Positions 1 to 9,273 of a DNA stretch of 64,000 nt are shown here, piece by piece; the first letter of the stretch is position 1; every line of letters starts with the position of its first letter. The stretch is from Candidatus Bathyarchaeota archaeon (GTDB taxonomy: Archaea; Thermoproteota; Bathyarchaeia; 40CM-2-53-6), in assembly GCA_963733055.1 (NCBI GenBank), contig CAVTBR010000002.1, positions 160,001 to 224,000 of the forward strand, written 5' to 3'. The notes under the pieces were generated by a model that saw only the letters and a program-made list of their open reading frames with translations, made no database searches and was not told the origin of the DNA. A program made the position numbers and the translations under genes.

Positions 1-664
1 TCCTCGCATTCCGTACTAATTGGTCAGCGTTTTGAAAGAGACGCCCGTATTTTTCAGGCTCCTTTTCTTTCCGTTCCCTTACTCCCGCTACGACAACCTT
101 CGTGTCCGCGACTTTCCCGGTATTCCCCATTACGATCTCCACGGGCTTTCGGAGTCGCATGCGTTCCATCAATTGCGCTGCACCCTCTCGTCTGTACCAA
201 ATCAAACCGCCGTACGTTGCGGCCGTGTTATCAATCCCAGACGGAGTTCCGTGGTACCCCTTTTCTCCCTCGTAAGCTACTTCATTCACTCTTTCGTCTG
301 GGAAGTTGAGGTTGAGTTCTTCTGAAATTGCGCGGGCGATTGCAGCGCATGAGGCCGCGCTCGCTCCCACACCACTCGCAGCAAGCAAGTCGCCGCCCAG
401 CGTGACCGTATAGTGATGGAGCTGTGTGTCAATCTTCATGAATTTCAGCATGATACCTAATGATTCATTTTGCTGCTCAAATTTCTCAGCCTTGTATCCC
501 GGCGTCTCAGGCCTTTCATCCTTGAGCTCCACCCCGGTCCCGGCATTCCGCTCGACCGTGGCGGTTGTTTTGGCTCCGATGGCTGAGGCGATTGCGGGAA
601 TTCCGTATACGACGAAGTGCTCGTTGAAGAGAATCACTTTACCGAACCCAACACCTTGGCCCAA
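1..664 (-). CDS. mvk: mevalonate kinase (GHMP family), runs off left edge
   Basis: Not in ORF track. Manual translation from TTG at 664: LGQGVGFGKVILFNEHFVVYGIPAIA...ASGVGASAA...YHGTPSGID, which are GHMP/MVK motifs. Usual position after S2-MEMO1. Confidence 0.9.
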   Translation of the reverse strand, partial: MGQGVGFGKVILFNEHFVVYGIPAIASAIGAKTTATVERNAGTGVELKDERPETPGYKAEKFEQQNESLGIMLKFMKIDTQLHHYTVTLGGDLLAASGVGASAASCAAIARAISEELNLNFPDERVNEVAYEGEKGYHGTPSGIDNTAATYGGLIWYRREGAAQLMERMRLRKPVEIVMGNTGKVADTKVVVAGVRERKEKEPEKYGRLFQNADQLVRNAR

Positions 665-728
665 GGAAATTCTCCCATCAATAGGTTCCTGTGTCCGCTA
701 CAAAAATCAAACGGCCTGTCGTGCTACC

Positions 729-1581
729 TTAGTTACGAGTAAAAACCAGCGACGAGTACCCGACCACTGCCGACTTATCACCGGTGATGTCGCCGCTCGT
801 CTTGTACGCTAATAGATCGGCTCTCGTGTTCCCGACCATTTTTGCCGCCGCAATCAACGTCGTTATCGGGCCGTAGCCACACATCGTAACGCGGTTACTG
901 TCGCCTAGCTCGTTCAATTGCTTATCATCTAGCTTCAGGATCGCGCCGATCGCTTCCTTATCCTTCCTGTTCGCGATGGCTTGGGGTTCGTAGTGGGTGA
1001 AATCACTGGACGACGATTATCGCAACGCTCTTTCCTTTCGTGCTTTCAACGATGGCCCTCGCAACTTCTATGGATGTTGTGAGGTCTTGCATCATCATGC
1101 ATATGGGAACGAATTCTATGGCGTCCTTGAATAGGAACTGGAGGAACGGAAGTTGGACCTCGATTGAGTGTTCGCTTTCGTGTGCCGTTTCGTCGATGTC
1201 GATTATGCTACTTGACTGTTGGATTCTCTTGGCCAAGTCTGAGTTGATTCGGGTGATACCGACCGGCGTTTCCCACGCTCCTTCCGTCTCAATGGAGAGC
1301 CCGCTGCCGAGTCCGCTGTGGTTTGGTCCGAGAATTATGCAGACATCGGGTGGGCCGTCCGCAGCTAACTTAGCGTATCCATTAGCCGCCACTGGCCCCG
1401 AGTACATGTAGCCCGCGTGTGGGCAGACTAGTCCTAGGATCCGTCGTGGGCCTTGCTGGTTTGCTTTTGGGACCTGCCCGGGCCCGAAGGGGTGGTTGAA
1501 GCAGTCGGTTATTTGTTTGGTGAGTGAGGTTTTGGTTCCTGCGTAGAATGCGTTTGCGACATATGGCTTGCGTATTTTCAA
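729..1581 (-). CDS. MEMO1 family / AmmeMemoRadiSam protein B (apparent +1 frameshift at ~1013)
   Basis: PHAGYMYSG and EHSIEVQLPFLQ in ORF 1003-1581; MCGYGP and VVGY in ORF 729-917. Removing base 1013 restores IIASSDFTHYEP and gives 284 codons. Confidence 0.9.
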
Positions 1582-2243
1582 AGCTCACCGCCCGATCTTG
1601 GGGCGATAGCTGCCAGTTTTGTTTCGAAGTCGTCGACGGTGGCGGTTATGGTTCCGTCGGCGGGTAGTTCTCCTCGGTCACGTAGAACTTGTCTGGCTAA
1701 GAGCCAGTATAGCATCGCTAGTGCGCGGCGGCCTTTGTTGTTCACGGGTATGGCGAGGTCGACGCCGCTGAATACGTTGTCAGTGTCGCAGAGTGCAATG
1801 ACTGGAACGCCTGCGGTTGAGGCTTCCTTGATCGATTGCCAGTCCGCTCTAGGATCGGTTACCATGATGACTTGCGGGTCGGCGTGGTATGGTTGCAGCG
1901 GGTTTGAGATTAGGCCAGGCATGAAACGCCCAACCATCGGAACGGTCCTCGTTATCTCACAGAATTTCTCAACGGGAGTCTTCCCGTAGAGCCTCGAGGA
2001 AATTATGAGGGTTCGTTCCGGCTCGAACCTAGCTATGAACCGTGAGGTCGTTCGGATCTTCTCGTCTGTCTTTCCAATGTTCAGGATGAATAGGCCGTCG
2101 GGTCTGACGCGGTAGATGTAGGGTTCCATGTCACCAGTTTTGATTCTGGTTCCGATATGGAGGCCTGCTGCCAGAAGATCCTCTAGGGGGATCAGTAGGT
2201 CCTCTGACTTCGGCATCCCCTCTTTTTCTTCGACTTCTGACAT
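1578..2243 (-). CDS. rps2: 30S ribosomal protein S2 (uS2)
   Basis: LLAAGLHIGT, GRFMPG, VIALCDTDN, IPVNNKGRRAL motifs. Confidence 0.97.
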   Translation of the reverse strand: MSEVEEKEGMPKSEDLLIPLEDLLAAGLHIGTRIKTGDMEPYIYRVRPDGLFILNIGKTDEKIRTTSRFIARFEPERTLIISSRLYGKTPVEKFCEITRTVPMVGRFMPGLISNPLQPYHADPQVIMVTDPRADWQSIKEASTAGVPVIALCDTDNVFSGVDLAIPVNNKGRRALAMLYWLLARQVLRDRGELPADGTITATVDDFETKLAAIAPRSGGEL

Positions 2244-2255
2244 TCTGCTTGATTC

Positions 2256-2480
2256 CTATTCGAATTGTGCCCGGCGTTTCGCTGTAACCTGGGTGTAGCG
2301 TAGGAGGTCGTCGATGACGTCCGCCTGTGATATGAACATGCGCCGGCAGCAGTATCGGTTCATTCCCATGTCATCCAGAACCTTCTTCGGTCTCTCTCCC
2401 GCTTTAACGCACCTCGCGAACTCTTCCCAGTGGTCGGCGACGAGTTTTCCACATGTGAAGCAGCGGACGGGGATTATCAT
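2256..2480 (-). CDS. rpoN: RNA polymerase subunit N (Rpo10)
   Basis: [12 protein letters not shown]...RYCCRRM signature. Confidence 0.97.
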   Translation of the reverse strand: MIIPVRCFTCGKLVADHWEEFARCVKAGERPKKVLDDMGMNRYCCRRMFISQADVIDDLLRYTQVTAKRRAQFE

Positions 2481-2486
2481 GTCATT

Positions 2487-2951
2487 CTACCTGTATGATT
2501 TCTGTTCTCGTCTTCGGGCTCCGGGTCCGCCGAATTTCTTGGGTTCTTTTCTTCGCGGGTCTCCAGCGAGCATGGTTCGGTCGTAGTTTGTCATCGCCTT
2601 CCTAAGTTCGGAGCTGCGTGTCCACTGTACCAAGCCTTTTGCAACGGCCATCCGTGACGCTTCAGCTTGACCCATGAAGCCCCCTCCTGCGACCTTCACA
2701 TTGATGTCAACGTTCTTCGACCTCTCTCCTGAGAGCACGAGGGCTTCGTTGATCTTCATCCTCGCAATTTCCGGGGTGAAGGTGGCTAGCGGGATGCCGT
2801 TTATGAAAACGTTACCCGACCCGTTTCTGATTATTGCTCTTGCGATCGCGGTCTTTCTTTTCCCTGTAATCAGTATCAACCGCTTTCTTTCGAGTTTCTC
2901 GGCCTTCTGAGCCTTCTCGGGCTTTTCCAATTTTTCGAGTGTTTCGCTCAA
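2487..2951 (-). CDS. rps9: 30S ribosomal protein S9 (uS9)
   Basis: [39 protein letters not shown]. Confidence 0.97.
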   Translation of the reverse strand: MSETLEKLEKPEKAQKAEKLERKRLILITGKRKTAIARAIIRNGSGNVFINGIPLATFTPEIARMKINEALVLSGERSKNVDINVKVAGGGFMGQAEASRMAVAKGLVQWTRSSELRKAMTNYDRTMLAGDPRRKEPKKFGGPGARRREQKSYR

Positions 2952-3391
2952 CTCGTATCAGGTCTCCATATCTCTTTCGCCAAGTCTTCGAGCGTCATGT
3001 ACGCTGTCCTAAGTTTAATTGCATCCGCTCCAGGGACTCTCGCTGCTTTCTTCTTGGAATATTCTTCGGGTACGCCCATGTATACGAAGACCCGATGAAA
3101 CGCGGCTTTGCCCTTCGCCTTCTTCCAAGGCAGCATACCGCGGACAACCCTTCTGAAGTATAAGTCGGGGCGGCGTTGGTGCATTGGTGCCGTGGTTTGG
3201 TTAGCGAGTGTTCTGGTCTTGAGTCGGCGCATAGCCTCTTCGACAATGTTGCTCTTCCTTCCCGAGATGACGGCCTTCTCTGCGTTGAGTACGATTACCA
3301 TGTTTCCGCTAAGCGCGCTCTTGGCGGCGTAACTGGCCAATCTGCCCATGACTTGGTCTGTAGCGTCCAATAGAATTGGTTCTGTAGACAT
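2948..3391 (-). CDS. rpl13: 50S ribosomal protein L13 (uL13)
   Basis: [32 protein letters not shown]. Confidence 0.96.
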   Translation of the reverse strand: MSTEPILLDATDQVMGRLASYAAKSALSGNMVIVLNAEKAVISGRKSNIVEEAMRRLKTRTLANQTTAPMHQRRPDLYFRRVVRGMLPWKKAKGKAAFHRVFVYMGVPEEYSKKKAARVPGADAIKLRTAYMTLEDLAKEIWRPDTS

Positions 3392-3398
3392 TCTTCTA

Positions 3399-3779
3399 TC
3401 ACCTGAGAATTTGAACGTTCGACCCCTTAGGATGCTTTCCGACGAAGTCCTTGATTCCGATACATTTGCCGCCAGCCTGTTCGATCTTCAACTTGGCGTC
3501 GTGCGTGAATTGGAAGGCCCCGATGGTAACGGGATGTTTGATGCGACCCGAAGCTAGCACCTTGCCGGGTACGAGAAGGAGCGAATCGGGTTTGGAGGCC
3601 CGGGATATATGGTTCAAGTCAAGTTCTGCCCGGCCTCTCCTTGCCTTGGATAGTTGTTCGGCCGCGTCCGTCCATATTTCGGCTTCGTTCTCCCTTGCCT
3701 TCACTTTGAGAAAGCGAATTGTTTCGAGTAATTCGGGGTTTGTTATATGGCGCCGCAACTTTAGTCCTCTCTTATTCAA
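3399..3779 (-). CDS. rpl18e: 50S ribosomal protein L18e
   Basis: TNPEL, VPGKVLASG, AKLKIEQAGG; synteny. Confidence 0.95.
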   Translation of the reverse strand: MNKRGLKLRRHITNPELLETIRFLKVKARENEAEIWTDAAEQLSKARRGRAELDLNHISRASKPDSLLLVPGKVLASGRIKHPVTIGAFQFTHDAKLKIEQAGGKCIGIKDFVGKHPKGSNVQILR

Positions 3780-4599
3780 GTCCTTTCTTTACAAGGTCTG
3801 CGAGGTTGGTTGATTTCTTGTCTAGAACCTTCGACGCCTCGCTCACGATCCTCTTGGGAGGAAGAGCGCCGGTCGTTTCAACGTAGAATATGAATGCCGT
3901 ATCGTCCTCTTCAACTTTGACGGGGAAAGGTTTCTTGGAATCTATCGGAGTGGCTTTCTCAACGCAATCCATGCATAGCGTACACGCCAGCTCATCGCGT
4001 ATCGCAATTTTATTCTCAGGATCGCTCACGTATACGTCGGTGGGGCAGACTTGAATTACCTCGGCCGGATTCGCTAGATTGTCAGCGTTCAATGTTACTT
4101 TTGGGAGATATTTGTATGCGCAAGCCGTGGTAGGTTGCCATTTGGCATGCTCGAGACCTCGACCGAGCTTCGCGTACAATTCGAGTTTCAGCTTCTGTGA
4201 CGGACCAAGTTTCACGATAGGAATGCTACCGCTTACAGGGGTTACGTCGCTGTCCCCTTTCAAGTCGGATGAATAAACCATCACGGGTTCATCAACCGAT
4301 TCGACTTCGAGAGTGAATGAGGCCCTGCACTTGCTGCAGCCCAGTTCGCTCTTGCAGTCACATTCTTCAGGAAGAACGAATGTGTCCAGATCTGTTTTAA
4401 GCGGGATCAGTCCGAGCCTGTGTGCGATGACTTCGTCGTAGAGAACTGACGTGTTCTCAATAATGATGACGTCCTCAATGGCCATCGCCGGAACTTCCGC
4501 CATCATTGCACGCCGCAAGGCATTGGCGTGGGCGTGGCTGGTTCCTTTCAATAGGAACCGAAGCGAGTTATCTTTCTCTTCAAGAATCTTAATTTCCAA
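3772..4599 (-). CDS. rpoD: RNA polymerase subunit D (Rpo3) with Fe-S-type insert
   Basis: ANALRR, DEVIAHRLGLIPL, EHAKWQP; CPTDV...CTLCMDC insert. Confidence 0.97.
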   Translation of the reverse strand: MEIKILEEKDNSLRFLLKGTSHAHANALRRAMMAEVPAMAIEDVIIIENTSVLYDEVIAHRLGLIPLKTDLDTFVLPEECDCKSELGCSKCRASFTLEVESVDEPVMVYSSDLKGDSDVTPVSGSIPIVKLGPSQKLKLELYAKLGRGLEHAKWQPTTACAYKYLPKVTLNADNLANPAEVIQVCPTDVYVSDPENKIAIRDELACTLCMDCVEKATPIDSKKPFPVKVEEDDTAFIFYVETTGALPPKRIVSEASKVLDKKSTNLADLVKKGLE

Positions 4600-4746
4600 G
4601 GCCTACGGACCCCGCAGGTAGAACGGCAACTCTCGTGGGCCGTTTACGGCAAGTTTTCGGCCTGAATCCTGATTTTCGGGTCCGAAGTCCACGACAATTC
4701 ACTTCTACGTAAAGAGAATTTTCAGGTAGGCTCTGGTGCTTATAAA
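4600..4746 (-). promoter_or_regulatory. TATA box (TTTATAA, 4740-4746) and structured ~115-nt leader of the rpoD-L18e-L13-S9 operon
   Basis: Nested inverted repeats at 4618-4623/4703-4708, 4633-4638/4689-4694, 4656-4660/4682-4686 and 4639-4642/4647-4650; alternative pair 4606-4612/4678-4684. Confidence 0.45.
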
Positions 4747-4838
4747 CTATTACGACCCTCAACGGGATTTGAAGAGAAAAAATCTGGAAGAGTTAAAGTC
4801 CGCGACTCACCCGAGTTATTTTGAATAAGTGATACCCT

Positions 4839-5102
4839 TTGGACGCGCCCTCGGTCACTGAGGTCGGTTTCATTCTGATCATTTTCGGATTTGTTCTGGC
4901 CTTCGCAGCAATGATTCTTCTAGCGTTTCGTTCTCCTCGTGGCTCGGGCAAAACTCGGGCTGCCGGAGTCCTCCTCATTGGTCCTATTCCCATAATATTT
5001 GGTACAGACAAGGATTCGGTGAAGGGACTGATGATTCTGGCGATTGTGTTAGTGCTCGTTGTTCTCCTCTTTATGCTTCTGCCATACCTTTTCGGAAGGT
5101 GA
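4839..5102 (+). CDS. DUF131 / TIGR00304-like small membrane protein
   Basis: Two hydrophobic segments flanking AAGVLLIGPIPIIFGTD. Confidence 0.85.
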   Translation: MDAPSVTEVGFILIIFGFVLAFAAMILLAFRSPRGSGKTRAAGVLLIGPIPIIFGTDKDSVKGLMILAIVLVLVVLLFMLLPYLFGR

Positions 5103-5524
5103 ATGACCTGCCAGCCCCACTCTGTGCTGTTTGCGGGAAGGCATCCGCGACTTACGTTTGTCAAAACTGCGGTAGGCCAACATGCATCAACTGCTTCGAT
5201 GCGACCAGTTGGACCTGTAGAGACTGTGGCGAGAAAGTTTCAGTTGCTCGCGGTCAAGCGAACTATTCTCAGCAATTCCAATTTTCTTGGATAAGCATGT
5301 TGTTTCTGGTGGCTTTCGCGGCCATATTTGTTGGGACGTTGCTGATTGCTTTAGGTTCGATCTCGAATTTGGGCTCCGGCAGCGCGGGTGCGGTCATTCT
5401 GATTGGGCCGATTCCGATAATTCTTGGATCGGGACCGTATTCCTTCCCGCTCATTGCATTATCCGTGGGCGTAACGATAGTGGCGATAGTCTTCTTTCTT
5501 GTGCTGAGAAGACGGGTTTTCTGA
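5099..5524 (+). CDS. Zn-finger (four CxxC) fused to DUF131 membrane domain
   Basis: CAVC/CQNC/CINC/CRDC, then GAVILIGPIPIILGSG; overlaps the upstream stop. Confidence 0.8.
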   Translation: MNDLPAPLCAVCGKASATYVCQNCGRPTCINCFDATSWTCRDCGEKVSVARGQANYSQQFQFSWISMLFLVAFAAIFVGTLLIALGSISNLGSGSAGAVILIGPIPIILGSGPYSFPLIALSVGVTIVAIVFFLVLRRRVF

Positions 5525-6076
5525 CTAGGACTCAGCGACGGCCTGGCCAGCCGCGGTTGCCGTGATGACCTTCCTCGCCGAGTGGTCCGCCTTCGCTAGC
5601 GGGCTTTGCGAGAAGTACTTGAGCTTCCCTTCCTCTTCGCGTTTAACCATGTAGCCTGGGACGGAGATTATCTTGCCACCGACCGTTATGTGGCCATGCG
5701 AAACGAATTGTCTCGCCTGGAACAGCGTCTTCGCCAATCCTCTTCTGAATACCATTGTCTGCAATCGACGTTCGAGAAGGTCCCGTATGTCAAGGTCGAG
5801 AACGTTGTCGATCGTTGCGGATTCAGATAGCACTCCCATCCTACCCAGCTTAGAGAGGTATTCCTGCTCAAGGCGTGCGCGCTGCTCTTCCGTTGCACCG
5901 AGTAGTGACCGCGCGATACCTCTGACCTCAGAGAGCATTGTCTTGTAACGCCACAGCTCCCTCTTATTGCGCAGCCCGAAATCTCCCATCAGGTGAAGTT
6001 CCACTTCCAGTTGGTCTCTACGCCAAGGATGTCTTGGCGTCTCGTAGCTCTTTCTAGTTCTCTTTGGATCGCCCGT
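5525..6076 (-). CDS. rps4: 30S ribosomal protein S4 (uS4); apparent ACG start
   Basis: (M)GDPKRTRKSYETPRHPW...GLRNKRELW...LLERRLQT...ARQFVSHGHI. The N-terminus extends beyond the track ORF to ACG at 6074-6076. Confidence 0.95.
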   Translation of the reverse strand, partial: TGDPKRTRKSYETPRHPWRRDQLEVELHLMGDFGLRNKRELWRYKTMLSEVRGIARSLLGATEEQRARLEQEYLSKLGRMGVLSESATIDNVLDLDIRDLLERRLQTMVFRRGLAKTLFQARQFVSHGHITVGGKIISVPGYMVKREEEGKLKYFSQSPLAKADHSARKVITATAAGQAVAES

Positions 6077-6086
6077 AGCGCGTCAC

Positions 6087-6587
6087 CTACTTCTTCTCTT
6101 CCTTCTCGCCGGCTGCGGCCGCAGCTCGAGCTGCTTCCATTATTACTTTCTTGGCAACCCCAACCGCTCTACCTTTGCGGCCGGTCGTGCGTGTTCGTTG
6201 CCCGCGAACCTTCAAGCCCAGAGAGTGCCTTACCCCCTTCCAGCTCCGGATGTCGGTCATGAAATCGATATCGCTCTTCGTGCTCAGCGCGAGGTCGGCC
6301 CCTATCAAATGCATATCCCGACCTGAATCGAGGCCTTTGCGGTGGTTGAAAAGTCGTGGTGGCAGACCATACTTTGCCGGGTCCCGCATCGCGTCTTCGA
6401 GCTTCTGCACTTCAGCTTCAGATAAGTCGCCCATTCTACCCTCAGGCTTGATCTCCGTGGCTTTCACTATGGCCGCTGCGTAGCTTGGCCCTACACCCCT
6501 AATGTGGCCTATTCCATAGGCGATCTTCTTAGTGCCGTCGATGTTTGCGCCGGCAACGCGTAGGACAAGCCTGAATTCCTTGGACAT
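6087..6587 (-). CDS. rps13: 30S ribosomal protein S13 (uS13)
   Basis: ATG 6587 MSKEFRLVLRV; SWKGVRHSLGLKVRGQRTRTTGR. Confidence 0.97.
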   Translation of the reverse strand: MSKEFRLVLRVAGANIDGTKKIAYGIGHIRGVGPSYAAAIVKATEIKPEGRMGDLSEAEVQKLEDAMRDPAKYGLPPRLFNHRKGLDSGRDMHLIGADLALSTKSDIDFMTDIRSWKGVRHSLGLKVRGQRTRTTGRKGRAVGVAKKVIMEAARAAAAAGEKEEKK

Positions 6588-7137
6588 GGTTCGTTCACTG
6601 AATTTTACGTTAGCGAACAGGCAGAACGATATTAAACTTTGCCGGAGTCCGGACCTGGAATAAACCCAGAACCTTCTATTGCTCGCTCGAATGCCTATTG
6701 TATCCATAGCTGGCGCAGCTTTTCTCTACGGTGCCTGCAATCGTCACGGCTCTGCCCACGGCGGTGGGATGGTGTAGGCTGGCTTGGACAGCCCGCAATT
6801 GACTTACAATTTCCGCGTAATTGACATCCAACTGCGCCTAAGGTAGAGCAGATAGTTGTAGACCTCGATAGCGCTCGCCGGCTTGTTCAGCAGGATTGCT
6901 GCGGACCCACCCAATCTTTCCACCGTCATCGGCTCTCGGTACCATGAATTATGTGGAATCATGTTACTGCAATGAATTACATGGAAATCTGCTAAATTCA
7001 TGCAGTAGGCAATTTACAGTGACGAAAATGACACGGACAAAGAAAAAACACGCGAACTCAGTGCACGAATTTGCGCCTTCTGAGGGCGACGCGTGGTTCG
7101 CGGAGTAAGTAGGATACCACAATCGGGTGGTTGGCCG

Positions 7138-7296
7138 ATGGAGAAGGAAATCGGAGACGAGTGCCCGAACTGCGGACTCCTAAGTCTCACATCGTACTAT
7201 GACGATGGGGATTCACCGATAGGTGCGAAGTGCGACAATTGCGGGTTCAAGGGATTCTACATGAAGAAGAATCTCGTTCCGCTAGCCGCGGTTTGA
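7138..7296 (+). CDS. small zinc-ribbon protein
   Basis: CPNCG...CDNCGF, 52 aa, GGTGG upstream of ATG. Confidence 0.6.
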   Translation: MEKEIGDECPNCGLLSLTSYYDDGDSPIGAKCDNCGFKGFYMKKNLVPLAAV

Positions 7297-7313
7297 CAGC
7301 TTGGTGAAATGCT

Positions 7314-7502
7314 TTGGTTGAGCGAAGACAGAGCAGATATGGGATGATATACGTTTGCGAGCTGTGCGGCTTCGGGTATACAGATGTCGAAGTCGCCGAA
7401 TCCTGCGAGGAGTTTTGTGGGCTGCACGGAGGTTATGCGGTCAACATCACTGCTAGGGCTGTCTTCCGGCCCCGAATCCACGTCGTCTCGGTTTCCGAAT
7501 AG
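7314..7502 (+). CDS. small Cys-rich (CxxC...CxxxC) protein
   Basis: YVCELCGFGY...AESCEEFC; GGTGA SD-like sequence upstream. Confidence 0.65.
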   Translation: MVERRQSRYGMIYVCELCGFGYTDVEVAESCEEFCGLHGGYAVNITARAVFRPRIHVVSVSE

Positions 7503-7517
7503 CGCGCAGATCCTGCT

Positions 7518-8636
7518 CTATGGTTCGGCCTCGATACCATCCGATTGGTCCAACATTTTTTGAATAGTTGAGTTAAGGACTACTTCCGCAACATCAGTCG
7601 CGTACTCGCCGATTCTTCTCAGGCTCTCCGAGATTAAGCGGATCGCCGAGAGGTCACCCGCGGGAAGCTTCTCCTTGAGCAACCTCTCAACCAGTTTCGA
7701 TTCGAGGTCGGTAACTTTGTTCCCTTCAAATAGTACGGTCTCCGCGAGTTTGTAATCGTAGGCGAAGAGAGCTCGCAGGGAGGTTTCCATCATTTTGGAG
7801 GATTGCATGCTCAGCGCGTTCGCGTCCTTGAACAAAGATGCTGAGGGAGCCTGTTGCAGGAGTAGCACGTTCACTCCGATTCTTGCGGCGTGATCCGCAG
7901 ACCTCTCAACGCTCTTGCTAATGATACGATATCCCAGGCATTCGACGGGGGAGGTTAAACCTATTCTCGAAAGCAGCGTGGGATGTTTTACGGCCCACTT
8001 AAGTTGCCTAATCACATACAAGCTGAACCTGTCGATCTCATCGTCAATCTTCACAACCTGATTTGCCAATTCTTTGTCTAGTCTCGAAAATGCCTGCATG
8101 GAATCCTGCTGCATTGCGTTCAGAATTGATAGCATCCTTCTCAGAGCATCCGGTACAAGCAGCTGTGGGTAACTTAACAGAACTTGCAAAGTTGCGCTCT
8201 GGGCAGACTCCGTAACTAACTCCGTGCCCACCAGCTTACCCCTCGCGACATCACGAATGGTATCCCGAATGGGGGCGGCGAGGTTTCCGGACTTAGACCT
8301 AATTTCAATAGTCGAGTAACCCGCAACGTAGAGCGAGATGATCATTCTAGTTAGAGCGTCGGGGTCAATGTTGGGGTTAAGAGACATTGTGCATCGGGTG
8401 CGTTCGTCGTCGTACTTCGTGCTGCCGAATGGAGTGAGAGTGAGTCCCCAGTTTTCCTGCTTGCTAAACTCGACGCGGCCTCCCTTTCTGAGACCTGCTT
8501 CCTGAACCCAAGGCTTGGGGAGTGACACTATGTAGGATCCGCGGCCCGTCACCTGGACGCGTCGTACATATCGATCCTCAGCGGCTGATGGTTCTTCTCC
8601 TGTCTCCTTCTTTGGATCCGGGGGATTTGCTTTCAT
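7518..8636 (-). CDS. phoU: archaeal phosphate uptake regulator: AbrB-like N-terminal domain + PhoU domains
   Basis: RRVQVTGRGSYIVSLPKPW (AbrB-like); DDEIDR and ERSADHA (PhoU). Confidence 0.9.
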   Translation of the reverse strand: MKANPPDPKKETGEEPSAAEDRYVRRVQVTGRGSYIVSLPKPWVQEAGLRKGGRVEFSKQENWGLTLTPFGSTKYDDERTRCTMSLNPNIDPDALTRMIISLYVAGYSTIEIRSKSGNLAAPIRDTIRDVARGKLVGTELVTESAQSATLQVLLSYPQLLVPDALRRMLSILNAMQQDSMQAFSRLDKELANQVVKIDDEIDRFSLYVIRQLKWAVKHPTLLSRIGLTSPVECLGYRIISKSVERSADHAARIGVNVLLLQQAPSASLFKDANALSMQSSKMMETSLRALFAYDYKLAETVLFEGNKVTDLESKLVERLLKEKLPAGDLSAIRLISESLRRIGEYATDVAEVVLNSTIQKMLDQSDGIEAEP

Positions 8637-8640
8637 GATC

Positions 8641-9267
8641 TCAAGTCTTCGATCCGGTTACGATGTAAACTACTGAGTCTCCGATGTAACATGCGTGATC
8701 AGCAATTCTCTCCAGATACCTCAACACCAAGGTTGACGCGAGAGCGCATCTGACTGTGAGTGTCTTATCATTGGCCATCGCGGCGGCGTACTTGTAGTAT
8801 ACCTTGTCAACCTCATCGTCGTCTTTCCTTAGCGAGCGCGCAAGTTCCGTGTCGCGAGTCTTGAACGATTGAATACTTCTCTCAATCATGCTTGTAACTT
8901 TCTCACTTAACTCGTGAATTACAGACTTGTCGCAAGCTGACAAATCTCCGTAGGTCTTGAGAACCAGTGCGATGTCGTAGGCGTATCGTCCGAATCTGGA
9001 AAAACCATACGCGATTTCTAGACATGATTTGATGAAGCGTAAATCCGTTGCTACGGGTTGATAACGTGCTAAGAGGTCGACGCCGAGCTCCTCAACTTCC
9101 GCGGTTAGCTGCGCCAGCTGAGCTGCTCTCTTCCGCGCAGCATCGGTCGCCTTCTGCCCCTTTTCGTAGGCTTCGAGGGCCTTGACTACGGAATCTTGAG
9201 CTAGGTTGGACATGTCGACGATTGCGCTGGAGAGTCTTTCCTCACCCATGTCCATTAGCCGCGGCAT
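8641..9267 (-). CDS. phoU: phosphate signalling protein PhoU
   Basis: YQPVATDLR, DDDEVD, RYLERIADHACYI. Confidence 0.93.
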   Translation of the reverse strand: MPRLMDMGEERLSSAIVDMSNLAQDSVVKALEAYEKGQKATDAARKRAAQLAQLTAEVEELGVDLLARYQPVATDLRFIKSCLEIAYGFSRFGRYAYDIALVLKTYGDLSACDKSVIHELSEKVTSMIERSIQSFKTRDTELARSLRKDDDEVDKVYYKYAAAMANDKTLTVRCALASTLVLRYLERIADHACYIGDSVVYIVTGSKT

Positions 9268-9273
9268 CGAGAT

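Noticed and set aside
2948-2975. Possible frameshift at the L13 C-terminus (KEIWRPDTS)
   Set aside because: The stop overlaps the S9 start normally and no alternative frame is clearly better.
4600-4716. 5S rRNA or a known riboswitch
   Set aside because: Similar size and junction, but I could not find the conserved 5S or riboswitch sequence motifs; kept only as a candidate leader.
6600-7100. N-terminal extension of S13 and ORF 6804-7001
   Set aside because: S13 homology starts at ATG 6587, and the upstream ORFs have no recognisable family.
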